A stretch of 64,000 nucleotides of DNA from an uncultured bacterium (GTDB lineage Bacteria > Auribacterota > Erginobacteria > Erginobacterales > Erginobacteraceae). Shown one piece after another: positions 40,668 through 51,389 of the stretch (position 1 is the stretch's first letter; each line of letters opens with the position of its first letter). The translations under genes were made by a program, and so were the position numbers. The notes below the pieces were generated by a model, which worked only from the letters and a program-made list of their open reading frames with translations, was not told the DNA's origin and ran no database searches. The stretch lies in NCBI GenBank assembly GCA_963822585.1, contig CAWGIE010000026.1, forward strand, positions 192,001-256,000, read 5' to 3'.

Positions 40668-42167
40668 ATGGCTCAGGGCGATATTCTCCGGCTCATCCTT
40701 CCCAACGATCTGAACTACCTGCATAGCGCGCAGAACTTTGTGCGCGATGCGGCCACCCTCTTCGGCTTGGCCGAGGGAGAACTTTTCCAGCTCGAGATCG
40801 GCATCGAAGAAGCCGTTACCAACGTCATGAAGCACGCCTATGACGCCGAGGAAAACCGATTCTTCGAGATCGCCTGCGAGTCGATCCCCGCCGGCATCAA
40901 GGTGGTGATCAAGGAAAAGGGAATCCCCTTTGACCCGGGCCAGATTCCCCGGTATACCTCCGGGACTACGCCGGAGGACTTCTCCAGCAAGGGATTGGGC
41001 TCGTACTTGATGCACCAGATGCTCGACGAGGTCTCATACCACAACCTCGGTCTTGGCGGGAAGGAGACCCATCTGGTCAAGTACCGCAAGGATAAGGCCA
41101 CGATCGAGTCCGAAATCCGCAGCGCCCAGGAGACCATGTCGGAACCGGCGGTGATCCGGGAGAAGGTCGCCTATGATGTCCGCGGCCTCCAGCCCGGGGA
41201 AGCCATCCAGATAGCCAAGTGCGCCTACCAGTCGCACGGGTACAGTTTTTTTGACGACCACATCTACTACCCCGAGCGGCTGATCCACATGAACGAGACC
41301 GGGGAGATGATCTCCGCCGTGGCCGTGACCAAAGACAACGTGTTCATGGGCCACGCCGCGTTGCTGTACCAGTATCCAGAGGATAAGTGCGCTGAACTCA
41401 CCTTCGTCTTCGTCAACGTCGAATACCGGGGGCAGGGCGCCTTCAACCGCCTGATCGAGTATCTCTTCGCCTGTCCGAAACGGCGCGAACTTCAGGGTGT
41501 GTATGCCTACGCCGTCGCCAACCACGTCTTTACCCAGAAGGCCATGATGCGTTATCAGATCAACGACTGCGGTCTGCTTCTGGCAACCAGTCCGGCCTCG
41601 TGGAGATTCAAGGGCATCGCCGGGGACGGAGATCAACGCATCAGCGTCGTGCTCAGCTACAAGTACACCGGCCCGGTCCAAAAGCTCCGCCTCTACCCGC
41701 CGGCCCACCATCGGGCCATGATCGAGAAGCTGTACCGCAACATCGGCGCGCGGGAACATGAATACCGGGACCCCGATCCGGACGCGCTCAGTCTGGCGGA
41801 GGATTCGGAGATTCTGACCGGGATCAACGAGGCCGAAGGCTGCGCCGAAATCTTTGTCTCACGCTACGGCCGCGATGTGGTCCGCGACGTGCGCCGGTTA
41901 CTCAGGAAGTTCTGCGTCAAGCAGATCGCCTGCATCAACGTGTTCCTGAACCTCGAAGACCCCGCCACGGCCCTGATGACCGCCGAAATCGAATCACTGG
42001 GCTTCTTCTTTGCCGGTATCCTTCCCCACGCCCGGATCGGCGACACGCTGATTCTCCAGTATCTCAATAATGTGGACCTGGACTACGCGCGGATCAATGT
42101 CTACTCGGACATGGCCAAGGAGATCCTGGCCTACATCAAGGAGCGGGACCCCAACGAGGCTATCTAG
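40668..42167 (+). CDS. RsbW-like anti-sigma/HATPase domain fused to a GNAT-like domain
   Basis: EEAVTNVMKHAY, GIPFDP, KGLGSYLM, then acetyltransferase motif A FVNVEYRGQG. Confidence 0.75.
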   Translation: MAQGDILRLILPNDLNYLHSAQNFVRDAATLFGLAEGELFQLEIGIEEAVTNVMKHAYDAEENRFFEIACESIPAGIKVVIKEKGIPFDPGQIPRYTSGTTPEDFSSKGLGSYLMHQMLDEVSYHNLGLGGKETHLVKYRKDKATIESEIRSAQETMSEPAVIREKVAYDVRGLQPGEAIQIAKCAYQSHGYSFFDDHIYYPERLIHMNETGEMISAVAVTKDNVFMGHAALLYQYPEDKCAELTFVFVNVEYRGQGAFNRLIEYLFACPKRRELQGVYAYAVANHVFTQKAMMRYQINDCGLLLATSPASWRFKGIAGDGDQRISVVLSYKYTGPVQKLRLYPPAHHRAMIEKLYRNIGAREHEYRDPDPDALSLAEDSEILTGINEAEGCAEIFVSRYGRDVVRDVRRLLRKFCVKQIACINVFLNLEDPATALMTAEIESLGFFFAGILPHARIGDTLILQYLNNVDLDYARINVYSDMAKEILAYIKERDPNEAI

Positions 42168-42186
42168 GCGTCCCGCGGTTCCATTC

Positions 42187-42864
42187 ATGCTCTTCCCCGC
42201 GCTTCAAGGCAAACCCATGTGCCGCATCGACCTCGACCGCGAGGCCGTGCGGTGGCTGGCCCGTCGGAACCTGACCCCGGCCGACGGCAACCCGTTGCTC
42301 GATCCGGCGGTCTGCCAGCGGCTGCTGGAGGATTTTCACCGGCGGCACAACGTTGTCTGGTCGTATGGAGGGTACCTCGAGGACCGACGCCACGTCTGGC
42401 GCGGCAGCTATCTCGACCGGACGGAAAGTTACGTGCACCTGGGTATCGACTTCCACGTTCCCCAGGGGACAGCCGTTGTCACCGAGTTCGACGCGGATAT
42501 TGCCCTGGTGGAGAACGACCCTGATACCGACGGCGGCTGGGGCGAACGGATTTTCCTGCGGCCGACACCGGCGGGTGCCGAACCGCCGGCCCGTGACGTG
42601 CTCCTGATCTACGCCCACCTCCAGAATGTCGCCGTCAATCCCGGCGCTCACGTGCGCCCCGGCATGGTGCTCGCCGAGGTGGGCGGCCCCCCGCTCAATG
42701 GCAACTGGGCGCCCCATCTGCATGTCCAGGCCATCCAGCGAGCTATGTTTGAGGACATTCTCTTGAACCGGTTCTCCGAGCTGGACGGCTACGGCCCCCG
42801 TGACCGGCTGGAAGAACTCCGTCGCCAGTTCCCGGACCCGCTCGATTTCGTGCGCGTCGAGTGA
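42187..42864 (+). CDS. M23 family peptidase-like protein
   Basis: HLGID (HxxxD), YAHL, NGNWAPHLH (HxH). Confidence 0.75.
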   Translation: MLFPALQGKPMCRIDLDREAVRWLARRNLTPADGNPLLDPAVCQRLLEDFHRRHNVVWSYGGYLEDRRHVWRGSYLDRTESYVHLGIDFHVPQGTAVVTEFDADIALVENDPDTDGGWGERIFLRPTPAGAEPPARDVLLIYAHLQNVAVNPGAHVRPGMVLAEVGGPPLNGNWAPHLHVQAIQRAMFEDILLNRFSELDGYGPRDRLEELRRQFPDPLDFVRVE

Positions 42865-42870
42865 CGGCGA

Positions 42871-42893
42871 ATGGAGGCGGGGGGAGTCGAACC
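42871..42893 (-). repeat. att site: displaced 3' fragment of tmRNA
   Basis: Exact duplicate of the tmRNA T-arm/acceptor 3' end. Confidence 0.9.
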
Positions 42894-43630
42894 AAGTGGG
42901 CTTGAAATACCCCTAAAATTCCTGATTAACGCTCAAAATGGGGTCATCTCCTGCCATCTGGCACCGTGATTTATCACCAAAATGGTTACATAATGGTTAC
43001 ACTATTTCCCGGAAAGAGCAGTAGGATAGCACCACGCCAGGGGAGATCGGGCTGCTACGGGCCGGCCAAGGGGCAAATAACAAGGGAACAGACAGATCCT
43101 GGAAAAACACTACCTCAACCCCAGAGGGGAAACTTCATTCTGATCGACAACGCGGATCCGGTTATAGCATGAAAGTAGCAATGCAATTACCTGGCACGAG
43201 CCGAGATCGGGACCCTGATCAAAGATAGAAGGCTCTGATTCAGGCAATCTCCGGGAAACTGTTCCGGTGGATGGGTTCAAGAAGCATTGGGAAGTGGCTT
43301 CCGGGGGGATTCCTGAGTAATGAAAAAAAGGAACATGCCAGGCTGTACGATCGGACGGTGAGCCCTGCCTAGCTACGGCTCAGGCTGGGAAGGATCTTGG
43401 TTTTTGGCATGATCCCGAACCAGGCGCGGATCACGGCAAGCCGTGACGGGGGATTGAACCGCCGACACAGACCGGTAACGATCCCGTCTGCGGAGGAGTT
43501 GGACCCCGCGGCGCCCCGGGCGATCCTGGCGGGGGTTGATCGAGGCCACAGTCACCGGGGGCCTTGGATCCGGCCCCGGCCCGGACCGTGGGTTATCTCC
43601 TCCAAATTGATTGGATAAGTTCATGAAGGC

Positions 43631-43664
43631 AAAAAAAGAAGCCCCTGCGGAGAGCAGGGGCTTC
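43631..43664 (-). terminator. Rho-independent terminator
   Basis: 11-bp stem GAAGCCCCTGC/GCAGGGGCTTC with a 5-nt loop, followed by T7 on the minus strand. Confidence 0.85.
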
Positions 43665-43682
43665 ATATTCAAACTCAACTGA

Positions 43683-43709
43683 TTATATTTCTTTTTCTCC
43701 GAAGTTCAT
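43683..43709 (-). CDS. Putative micro-peptide MNFGEKEI
   Basis: AAAGGGAGGT RBS 6 nt before the ATG, between its own promoter and terminator. Confidence 0.45.
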   Translation of the reverse strand: MNFGEKEI

Positions 43710-43751
43710 GATGCTACCTCCCTTTAGGAGATCCAATTCATTCTCAGTTAC

Positions 43752-43781
43752 ATAATACGATTTATTACGCCATATTGTCAA
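43752..43781 (-). promoter_or_regulatory. sigma70-type promoter TTGACA-18-TATTAT
   Basis: Minus strand reads TTGACA atatggcgtaataaatcg TATTAT. Confidence 0.65.
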
Positions 43782-43800
43782 TAGGGTTTTTGTTGTATTT

Positions 43801-44718
43801 TTATTCGTCTTCTGGGCATATTGCTTCCATCTCAGTGCGGATAAAGTCAAAATCTTTATCCTCTTTGGCCTGAATGCAGTTTTCGGGATGATCCCTTGTT
43901 GCGAGTTGCAAAAATTCTAAAGCTTCATGCACGAGACGTTCAACTTCTTCCGCCCTGCCAGAATCGGCATTTTCTTTAGCCGCTTTCAGGGAGTGATAAC
44001 AGGCTATATTATAATTTGCATCCGCTATATTCTTATTAACCTCTTTGAGTGGTGTCTCACCTGAATCGCGGATGTTATCTAATTGTTTGATGAACTCTCT
44101 TAAAGATAAAATGGCATTATCATAATCGTCAATTTTTCTATATAGGCGACCTAAATAAATATTGAGTGTGCGATCAGTGGGAAATTTTTTCTTTAGTTCT
44201 TCGAGATTATTTATCGCAATTTCAATGTCAGAAGTATTGTCACTCGCAATTTTTGTTTCTGCTGTTGAAATTCCAGACTAATATGTCCTTTAGTAGTTCC
44301 TTCTTCTGTTATCTCAGCCTTTACTTGCTCAAACCTCTTTCCTAAAAGGGCCTCCTGGATTTTTACCCCCATTGATGGATAATTTCATGATGCAATGTCC
44401 TGCAAAATACCAATACCGATTAGGAGTATTATATCTTGAAGAAGCGTTGAATTCTAACTTAAATTGTAACTTCCAGATTAATATAACAATTGCGAAAATT
44501 CCAAATGATCCAGCCAGCCCAATAACAGCTCTCCCGATCCAATAGTATTTGCTTTTATACAATTTTAGTCTATTAATGTATGATTTCTGTTCAAGTTGAT
44601 CTCCAGAAAATTGTTTATTAATGGAGATCACATAATCATAAATCCCACCGATCAAACCCCCAAATAATCCAGCTGTAATGCCTACTAGTATAGCTTCCCC
44701 ACAAGCAAGCTGCTCCAT
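43801..44718 (-). pseudogene. Membrane protein with N-terminal TM helices and C-terminal TPR-like domain, frameshifted
   Basis: MEQLAC..GLFGGLIGG..IGLAGSFG, then after about 3 or more frame changes FPTDRTLNIYLGRLY..ANYNIACYHSL..AKEDKDFDFIR. Confidence 0.65.
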
Positions 44719-44905
44719 TATGCACCTTCCGTTTTTATTACCAATCTTATTGCTCAGCGTATTGCCGAATGTTGTTGTACCGATTCCCCAAGTTTCACCA
44801 GACAAGCGAAACACCGTAAATCAGCGAATCTCCCGGTTAAGTTTCCCAGGGTTGAATAATTATACGGATATCACGATGGCAGCAATGCATTTTTTATATG
44901 GTTCT

Positions 44906-45727
44906 CTATCTCACACCTACATCGAAATAATAATCAACAGACGGACCGTCCATATACAACCACTTGGCTTGGCCGAGAACCACATCCGACGATCGAGGGA
45001 ATCTGTGTCTTAAAAGTGAATTGTATATACTGGGCCAGTTGATACCAACTACTATTCCGACCAGCACATGTGAAAGCGTTATGAAGTACGCGTCTTTATC
45101 GTCGTTGGATGCAACAATTATCCAACGGTATTCATTCTCGCCTTCCCAGTCCGTGTGTTTATGAAGCAAAAAATAATCCCGATGATCTCGATCTTCGATG
45201 AATTCGTCGACGCTTCTTTCAATGTCTGGGGCTCGGAACATTACGGGTGCGGAAAATGGAAAGGAGTTTGCGTAGTAGACTTCTTTATGCAGTAATTCAT
45301 CGTGTGTGCTCAGGACCTTTCGAACTTCTGAATCCATTTTATTGCGATGAAGAAGCAAGCATACGCCCTCATGGTTATCGGCATATTGGGCCCACATACG
45401 AGGACGCAGATAACAATCATAGACGTCGTCTATGGTGTTCATCGTTCCGCAGCAAACGTAAGCGCGATTGCGCAGTTTACGGTTAAGATGTTCATTAGCC
45501 CTGTGTGTATATTCCTCCACATTAGTCAGATTCGCACCGTGTACCCCGACGGAGGGAAATGACCATTCCTTACTTTCACGTGGATCATTAGTATTCGTTA
45601 ATCGTCCTAACCGCAATGTGTCTGAAGGCAAAATGCATTCGAGAAATGTTTCCTTTCGGGTGTAATGTGCAATGACAGAGGACGATGAGTGCCGCTCTTT
45701 CAATTTGCGATCGAACATCCGTTCCAT
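44906..45727 (-). CDS. DUF2971 family protein
   Basis: HYT, NDPRE, RMWAQYADNHEGVCL, KHTDWEGENEYR. Confidence 0.8.
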   Translation of the reverse strand: MERMFDRKLKERHSSSSVIAHYTRKETFLECILPSDTLRLGRLTNTNDPRESKEWSFPSVGVHGANLTNVEEYTHRANEHLNRKLRNRAYVCCGTMNTIDDVYDCYLRPRMWAQYADNHEGVCLLLHRNKMDSEVRKVLSTHDELLHKEVYYANSFPFSAPVMFRAPDIERSVDEFIEDRDHRDYFLLHKHTDWEGENEYRWIIVASNDDKDAYFITLSHVLVGIVVGINWPSIYNSLLRHRFPRSSDVVLGQAKWLYMDGPSVDYYFDVGVR

Positions 45728-45939
45728 GTGTTAGGCCTCTTAAGAAATGTTCCGCTCATATGGCGTATCGGCTTAGCCCTATAACGCATTACTATATTAC
45801 CCATAGTTATAAAGATTGATCTCTACAAGATAGCAAAAATAAGATTATTTGTCCCGGGATTATTCAGCAAGCAATATCTCCGCATAACTTAACCCAGCCC
45901 GGGGAAACTTTGGCGGGAATTTCTGTTTTTCAGGATGCT

Positions 45940-46425
45940 TTAATCAGTCGGCCAAATAATTTTTTTTGCAGTCTCACTAACGATATCGACTAGGATATCT
46001 CTAACAGCTATTGCGGAATGTTGACCTAATTTTGCTATCGTGCGTTTAAAACGTGTGGCACCCAATTGAGTGCGCGGGGTATCTCCAACAATATCCTGAA
46101 TGCTTTCAGCTACTTGTTGTTCTTCTTCACTATTCAGTTTCGCTTCTTCTCGGATCAACTCGACAGCGGCGTTAATTCTTCTCTCTGTCCATGGCAATGG
46201 TTTCCCGCAATTATAGCAGTAGAGGGCGGAAAATAAGAAATCACACCGGCGATATGCGCGTGATGGTAGGATCCTCTTATCGGAGTTTCACAATTCGGGC
46301 ATGTCGTTATCGTTTTCTCGCCGCAAGTATGGCAATAATCTTCCATTCTCCTGGGATTGAGTTTTAGCATGCTGTTAATGACATGTCCGTTAAACACAAC
46401 TAACTATATGGTATCCGTCTTGCAT
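45940..46425 (-). pseudogene. DUF2321 family (Zn-finger) protein, frameshifted
   Basis: NGHVI, CHTCGEKTITTCPNCETPIRG, YCYNCGKPLPWT, DTPRTQL..RFK..VRDILVDIVSETAKK across frames. Confidence 0.75.
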
Positions 46426-46788
46426 TGATCATGATCCTCTATGATTGATTTCATTTCCGGATCCTGGGCTTTCCCTCCCTTTCTCTCTGGCTTCGCCGCA
46501 TGGTAGATCCGGACTCTCCTATTTAGAGACATCATCAACTGGACTCCCGAGCGGACTGTCTTATCGCCGGCGATAAACTGGATCGAAGCGGCCGTGCCAA
46601 GGGAGATAATCGTATTCCAGCGCTGGAAATATTCCAACTCACTCCGGATTTGCAGCATGCATTCCACCATATATTTGATAAATAGTGTCTGCGGGAACGT
46701 TCTCGCTCCTCGGGCGGACTGCCCGAGGCTTGAAACCGGAAAGCCACCCTTTCCGAAAAATCTGACTTACCCAAAATTATATTTGCGC

Positions 46789-49257
46789 CTATAAGACGAT
46801 TGAGACAGGCACTCCGACCTGTATGGCGACGGGGGTGTGGTGTCGATAGCTTCTGGAGGAGTCCGAATAGATACGATCAACGAATACCGACATCGACGAT
46901 TCCATTTTCCCGAATTGTCGTTCGCGCCACCAACCGACCGCTGGGTATATGGCCAGGAGGTTAGATGAGGCCAGATCCAGGGCTGTCCCTCCCCATATAT
47001 CCGAATGGATTGAGCCGACATTTCTAGCTCACCGATCAACCATCGGTCCCTAGGGCCATCGGTGTCTATTTCATCATCATCTTCTCGCACAGACGCGTTG
47101 ATGCGGCGGTGAAATTCGTTTTCGGACTCACCAGGACCATTGAGTACAAAGCGAAGCGCATGTAAGGATAGCGATAACGGGTCTTCCATCCCACTTCGCC
47201 GGGACCAGGTTCGATGTAATATGATAGGGTAACACGCATCGTGACCGCTGTTTCGCCCAAATCACGGAGGACGTCGACTGGCCATGGCAGCTCGTATAGA
47301 TGGAGATCGCGAGTAACGTACCTACTCCCAACCCTGTCATAGGGCTGCATTTCCGCCTGAGAAATAAGGGTCAGCGAATCGGAAGCGCAGTACAAAGCTC
47401 GCTCTAAGTTGGGTACACCGAAACCGCAGATCCGCAGAAAACGTGCATAGGCAGTTTTATTTAAGGGGATGTCAGAAACTGTCGTCGCATTTCATTAGTC
47501 CACTCGGCGGAGTGAACAATGAGTCCACGAACGGTCTCCGGCCACGTATCGGGATACTCGTGGAGTATCCGTGCAGCCATCCAAGCGGCTTGGGCTGATG
47601 CCGCACTCGTGGCCGCGAAGGGCACGAACTGCTCCTTATGCGGTTCATGTGATGTTGAAAGTAGCTTCAGGTCATCAGGATCATATATAGCGTCATTCGG
47701 CCCTCGGGCAACGTTTCCCCCCTGGAATGATATTTCAGGTTTGATAGGCCATATGCGGTCCGGCCATATGGCAGTCTGTGCTATAAGGCGAAAGGCCACC
47801 GGCTGGAGCAATCGGAGTAAAATTGGCCAACATGGGATCGTCGATTCGTACCTTCTCAGTGAACGCACCAACTGTTAGAGCATTCCATGACTGAGCGGGA
47901 TCGTGGACCTCATTCGTCTCGTTGTCTGACGGGTAGTTTGCCCAGTTCTCTGGGCGATCGACAGTGCCTACACTTATAACGAAGAGTCGCTTAGTCTCGT
48001 CTTCGGCCCCCGAAGCCAGCTCATCCAGTGTCGCCGACCAGGAAGAGGGGCGGCCGCGGTCCTGGGAGTCTGTTGAGGTAATAGCCATACAGGCAACACG
48101 CCTGCGATGCGGTGCTTGAATTTCCGCTCGGCTGAGGCCTTGCGAGGTCATGTAGCCCCAGAGCTTGGAAGCCGTCCGTTCATCGCCGGGAGGGAGAATT
48201 TTGGCCGATTCAAGGCGATGGTGAACTTGAACAATCTCGCCAAAATTGAGAGCCGTCAATAGATCGTTGTAAGCCGCTATTCCGGCCATGAGTGTCCCGT
48301 GGCCATTATGATCGTAAGTTCCCCAGGCAGGAATCGCACTATGCCGGTCAGCGTCATTCAGTATCGGATGAATCAGCAGGTGCCCATTATTCACACCCGA
48401 ATCCAAAATACAAACGGCTATATTATCGTCTTGGGTGAATTCGGTGCGCCGAAGTAACTCTTGGACACGTTCCATTTGTTCCCTGTTCTCCAGAGCGATG
48501 TAGAACGTGGCAATTTCCTTGGCACAACGGAATTCTGCTATGTCGTCGGACGCAGCTAAAATGCGCTGAAGCTCTGCCCGGTTTGCCCGTATCAGAAGAA
48601 CAGCGCGCTCTGGAAACCGCAAATCTCCTTCCAGGACTTCAATCCGGAACTGTCCGAGCAACTCACGAAAACTAACTATGGTGTTTTGTTGATTGGACAG
48701 CCCTGTGCGCAGCCATACCTCAACCCAAGCGGGCAGGGCATCTGGGATCATGATGCGTTCATTCACTCGCCAGAATGATTCAAGGACTGAAAAGGATATG
48801 TCAGCGATGCTGTTGACCAGCTTTTCATTCTTCGGCCGTCCGCTGTCTCTACAGGTCTCCTCTGCGTAAGCAGTAATTCTGCGAACAAAGTACCCACGTT
48901 TCTCGTGCGGCACATAGACCGTCGCCATGGTTCGCTCCGTTCCCCCCTCACCCTCACGTCGAACATTCAGTAGACGTATTCCCGAGCTTATATTCTCAAG
49001 GCTCTGAATAACTAGATCGAATCCCGGCTCACTCACGAAATCGATATAGGCTCCCTCGCGTTCAACATGGGGCACGGCGTTACATTGGATGGTGGCCTGT
49101 AGCCATGCTTCCTGAAGACGCTGGTTAGGATCGGAGCTGTGCGGGATGCGATCTTGAGGGGGAATGCGCGGAGTGCTACTCCCCCTTCGGGGATTCGAGA
49201 ACTGTGCGTTATCGCGATGTCCGGTAGGAAGATGTGACGATAGTGCTCACCCGGCAT
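46789..49257 (-). pseudogene. S8 subtilase, IetS-like, with at least 7 frameshifts
   Basis: Catalytic D (ILDSG), H (HGTLMAG) and S (ATSAAS). Also IKPE, WPETVRGLIVHSAEWT, GFGVP, VTLSYYIEPGP, GSIHSDIW, GWWRER across frames. Confidence 0.85.
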
Positions 49258-49263
49258 AGGTAG

Positions 49264-50234
49264 TTACCCCCTTTTTCCATGGTGCGCATCACGACGTTCT
49301 CTGAGCATCTGTCCAACCAACCCCACAGATCTCTTCGACCGGTCCGATAGGATGGTCGCCTTGATTGCGTCCCGGCATGCCTCGTCGATTTCAGCGTGCG
49401 AAAGCGTTTCACTAGCGACAAGAACTTGTTTCCCGGGAATCGCTTCGCCTGAAACCCAGCGAGCACGTTTTCGATTAGACGCTTGCGTTCCTTCTCATCA
49501 GGTAGCTGGTAGTACATTACATCATCAAAACGCCGATATAATGCACGATCCAGTAACTTGGGGCTATTGGTTACAGCAACAATCAGGCTGTCCGACGTAT
49601 CCTGTTCAATGAACTGTAAGAATGCATTCAAAACACGGCGCATCTCACCAACGTCGTTATCCAGAGAGCGTTCACCGCCGATAGCATCAAACTCGTCAAA
49701 AAGGTATATCCCGGGGTGTTGCTGGATCAGATCGAAAATCTGCCGCAATTTTGAGCTTGTTTCGCCCATGAACTTCGTCACCAGTTTATCTACTTGGATG
49801 GTGCAAAGCGTCAGTCGCAGCTCATGTGCCAGTATGCGCGCTGTCATTGTCTTTCCTGTGCCGGGAGGTCCGATCAGAAGAATCTTGCGGCGATGTGACA
49901 GCCCATGACTTTTGAGCTTGGCCTGTTGCCGGTATTCATAAATCACGCGGTCAATGCGTCCCCGGAGTGACGGTGATGCCACCAGGGATGACAGAGACAC
50001 ATCGGTGTTCTCCCGGAGGACGAGCCCGTGCAGTTCCTGAGGAAAGCGAAGGACGATCTCAGGGCCTCGGTCTCGACGGGCCTTGTCCACGATTTCACGA
50101 ATGTCATACGCCAGAGCCCCATGCCCCTGCTGGGCCTCATGTGCGGCTACTTGAAGCGAGATCGTGATGAAGCGCTCCATGTCGTCTCCAAAATGAGAAC
50201 GAATCAGCGATTTCAATTGTTCTGCTGTAGCCAT
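49264..50234 (-). pseudogene. AAA+ ATPase, IetA-like, with one frameshift near 49432
   Basis: GPPGTGKTMTA, KFMGET, FDEFDAIG, NDVGEMRRVLN, LDRALYRRFD. The C-terminus (LSHAEIDEACRDAIK) continues in another frame. Directly upstream of the subtilase. Confidence 0.88.
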
Positions 50235-50992
50235 ATCCCCTCCCGACATTGAAAGCAATCGATCTACATATTGAGGTATTTAAAAACTCCTTCTGGCACA
50301 AACTGAAAACCTATGTCGTCATCATGCCACAAATCATCCCAGAGATAAGCTTTAAGAGCAAGAGATCGCGGGCTTGCCGGAATTGAATTGATAAGAAATT
50401 GTTTTCTATAGGTTTCCCGCTGACCTGTCCCCATTATTTGGGGCCACTTTTAAAGTGTAACGTAATCGCTTGAGATGTTTTCCAACTATGGACCACTCCG
50501 ATTAAAATTTTCAGGCCTACTCTAAATATAAAGAACCACCGCTTCCATCTTCTCTGAAGCAGTGGTTGGAACTCGCGAAACTCTGTGATGATTTTTACCC
50601 ATCGGGAAATCACCCGAGGTTATAGTTATCGAAAAGATAGGGGTATTTTACAGACTATTCGCATGGATCTTCAAGGTAAATCCCTGGAAAGACGGCAGCC
50701 CGGATCATTTTCCCGTCACAATAACACCAGGCCGCGCTCTGGCGCTTGTTCAGGAACCGGGTCGGACCTGCGTAAATAGTATATTGGCAGTTGTTAAGCG
50801 CTAATATGACCACCATATATGAGCTTAGAGTGCCAATTTCAAGGGTGTTTTTGGGGGTATAAGCAATCGCTTCTCAAGGACATCTGGGAGTATAGGGGCA
50901 GGAGGAGAATAGGGGGGATGAGCCTGTTAGTTTTCGAACTGATTAACCTGTGAGATATACTCACAGGGGTCTTGTTTAAGGAAAATTCATGA

Positions 50993-51038
50993 TAAAAAGA
51001 TAGCCCGATCCAGTTTTTTGGACCGGGCTATCTTTTTA
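50993..51038 (-). terminator. Terminator downstream of tmRNA
   Basis: AAAAAGATAGCCC...GGGCTATCTTTTT hairpin abutting the tmRNA 3' end. Confidence 0.8.
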
Positions 51039-51389
51039 TGGAGGCGGGGGGAGTCGAACCCCCGTCCTGAAGTGGATCCCTCCGCGCTTCTACAGGCTTA
51101 GTCGGTCGTTTGCGTTCGCTCCCGGGAACTCCGGCCGACAGGATTAACCGGGAACTAACCGCCACGAAAGATCTCACCCCGCCCCCCGGCAGTCCGGGTT
51201 TGGGGCCAGCCTGCTATCGTACGTTCCTATCCGTCCCGCAGGCTGAACGGTAGGAACGTGACCGCTTTAAGCGGCCAGAGCGAACTGCTCGTTGGCAGTT
51301 GTCTATTTGCCGGGTGTTTAAAGAGGCCTCCCGACCACCTCTGCCTGCAGCGTCGGCTTCACCATCCCAGTCGAAACCGTATCGCCCCC
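51039..51389 (-). ncRNA. ssrA: tmRNA (tag ANEQFALAA; CCA not encoded)
   Basis: 5' GGGGGCGATACGGTTTCGAC and 3' GGTTCGACTCCCCCCGCCTCCA with a G3-U70 pair. Tag ORF GCCAACGAGCAGTTCGCTCTGGCCGCTTAA. Confidence 0.97.

Larger units (their letters stand above)
42871..51060. mobile_element. Genomic island integrated at the tmRNA 3' end (no integrase visible)
   Basis: Identical 23-bp ATGGAGGCGGGGGGAGTCGAACC at 42871-42893 and 51038-51060. Interior is more AT-rich, with defence-like cargo on the minus strand. Confidence 0.85.

Noticed and set aside
43002..43620. Integrase remnant next to the distal att site
   Set aside because: No tyrosine (R-H-R-Y) or serine recombinase motifs were recognisable in the translated frames.
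46404..46774. Short ORFs between DUF2321 and the subtilase
   Set aside because: No recognisable motif in any frame. Possibly a fragment, but unsupported.
50421..50496. TGACCTGTCCCC..GGGGCCAC and TGAGATG..TGGACCAC resembling IS3-family ends
   Set aside because: No transposase, no properly inverted partner, and the similarity is from memory only.
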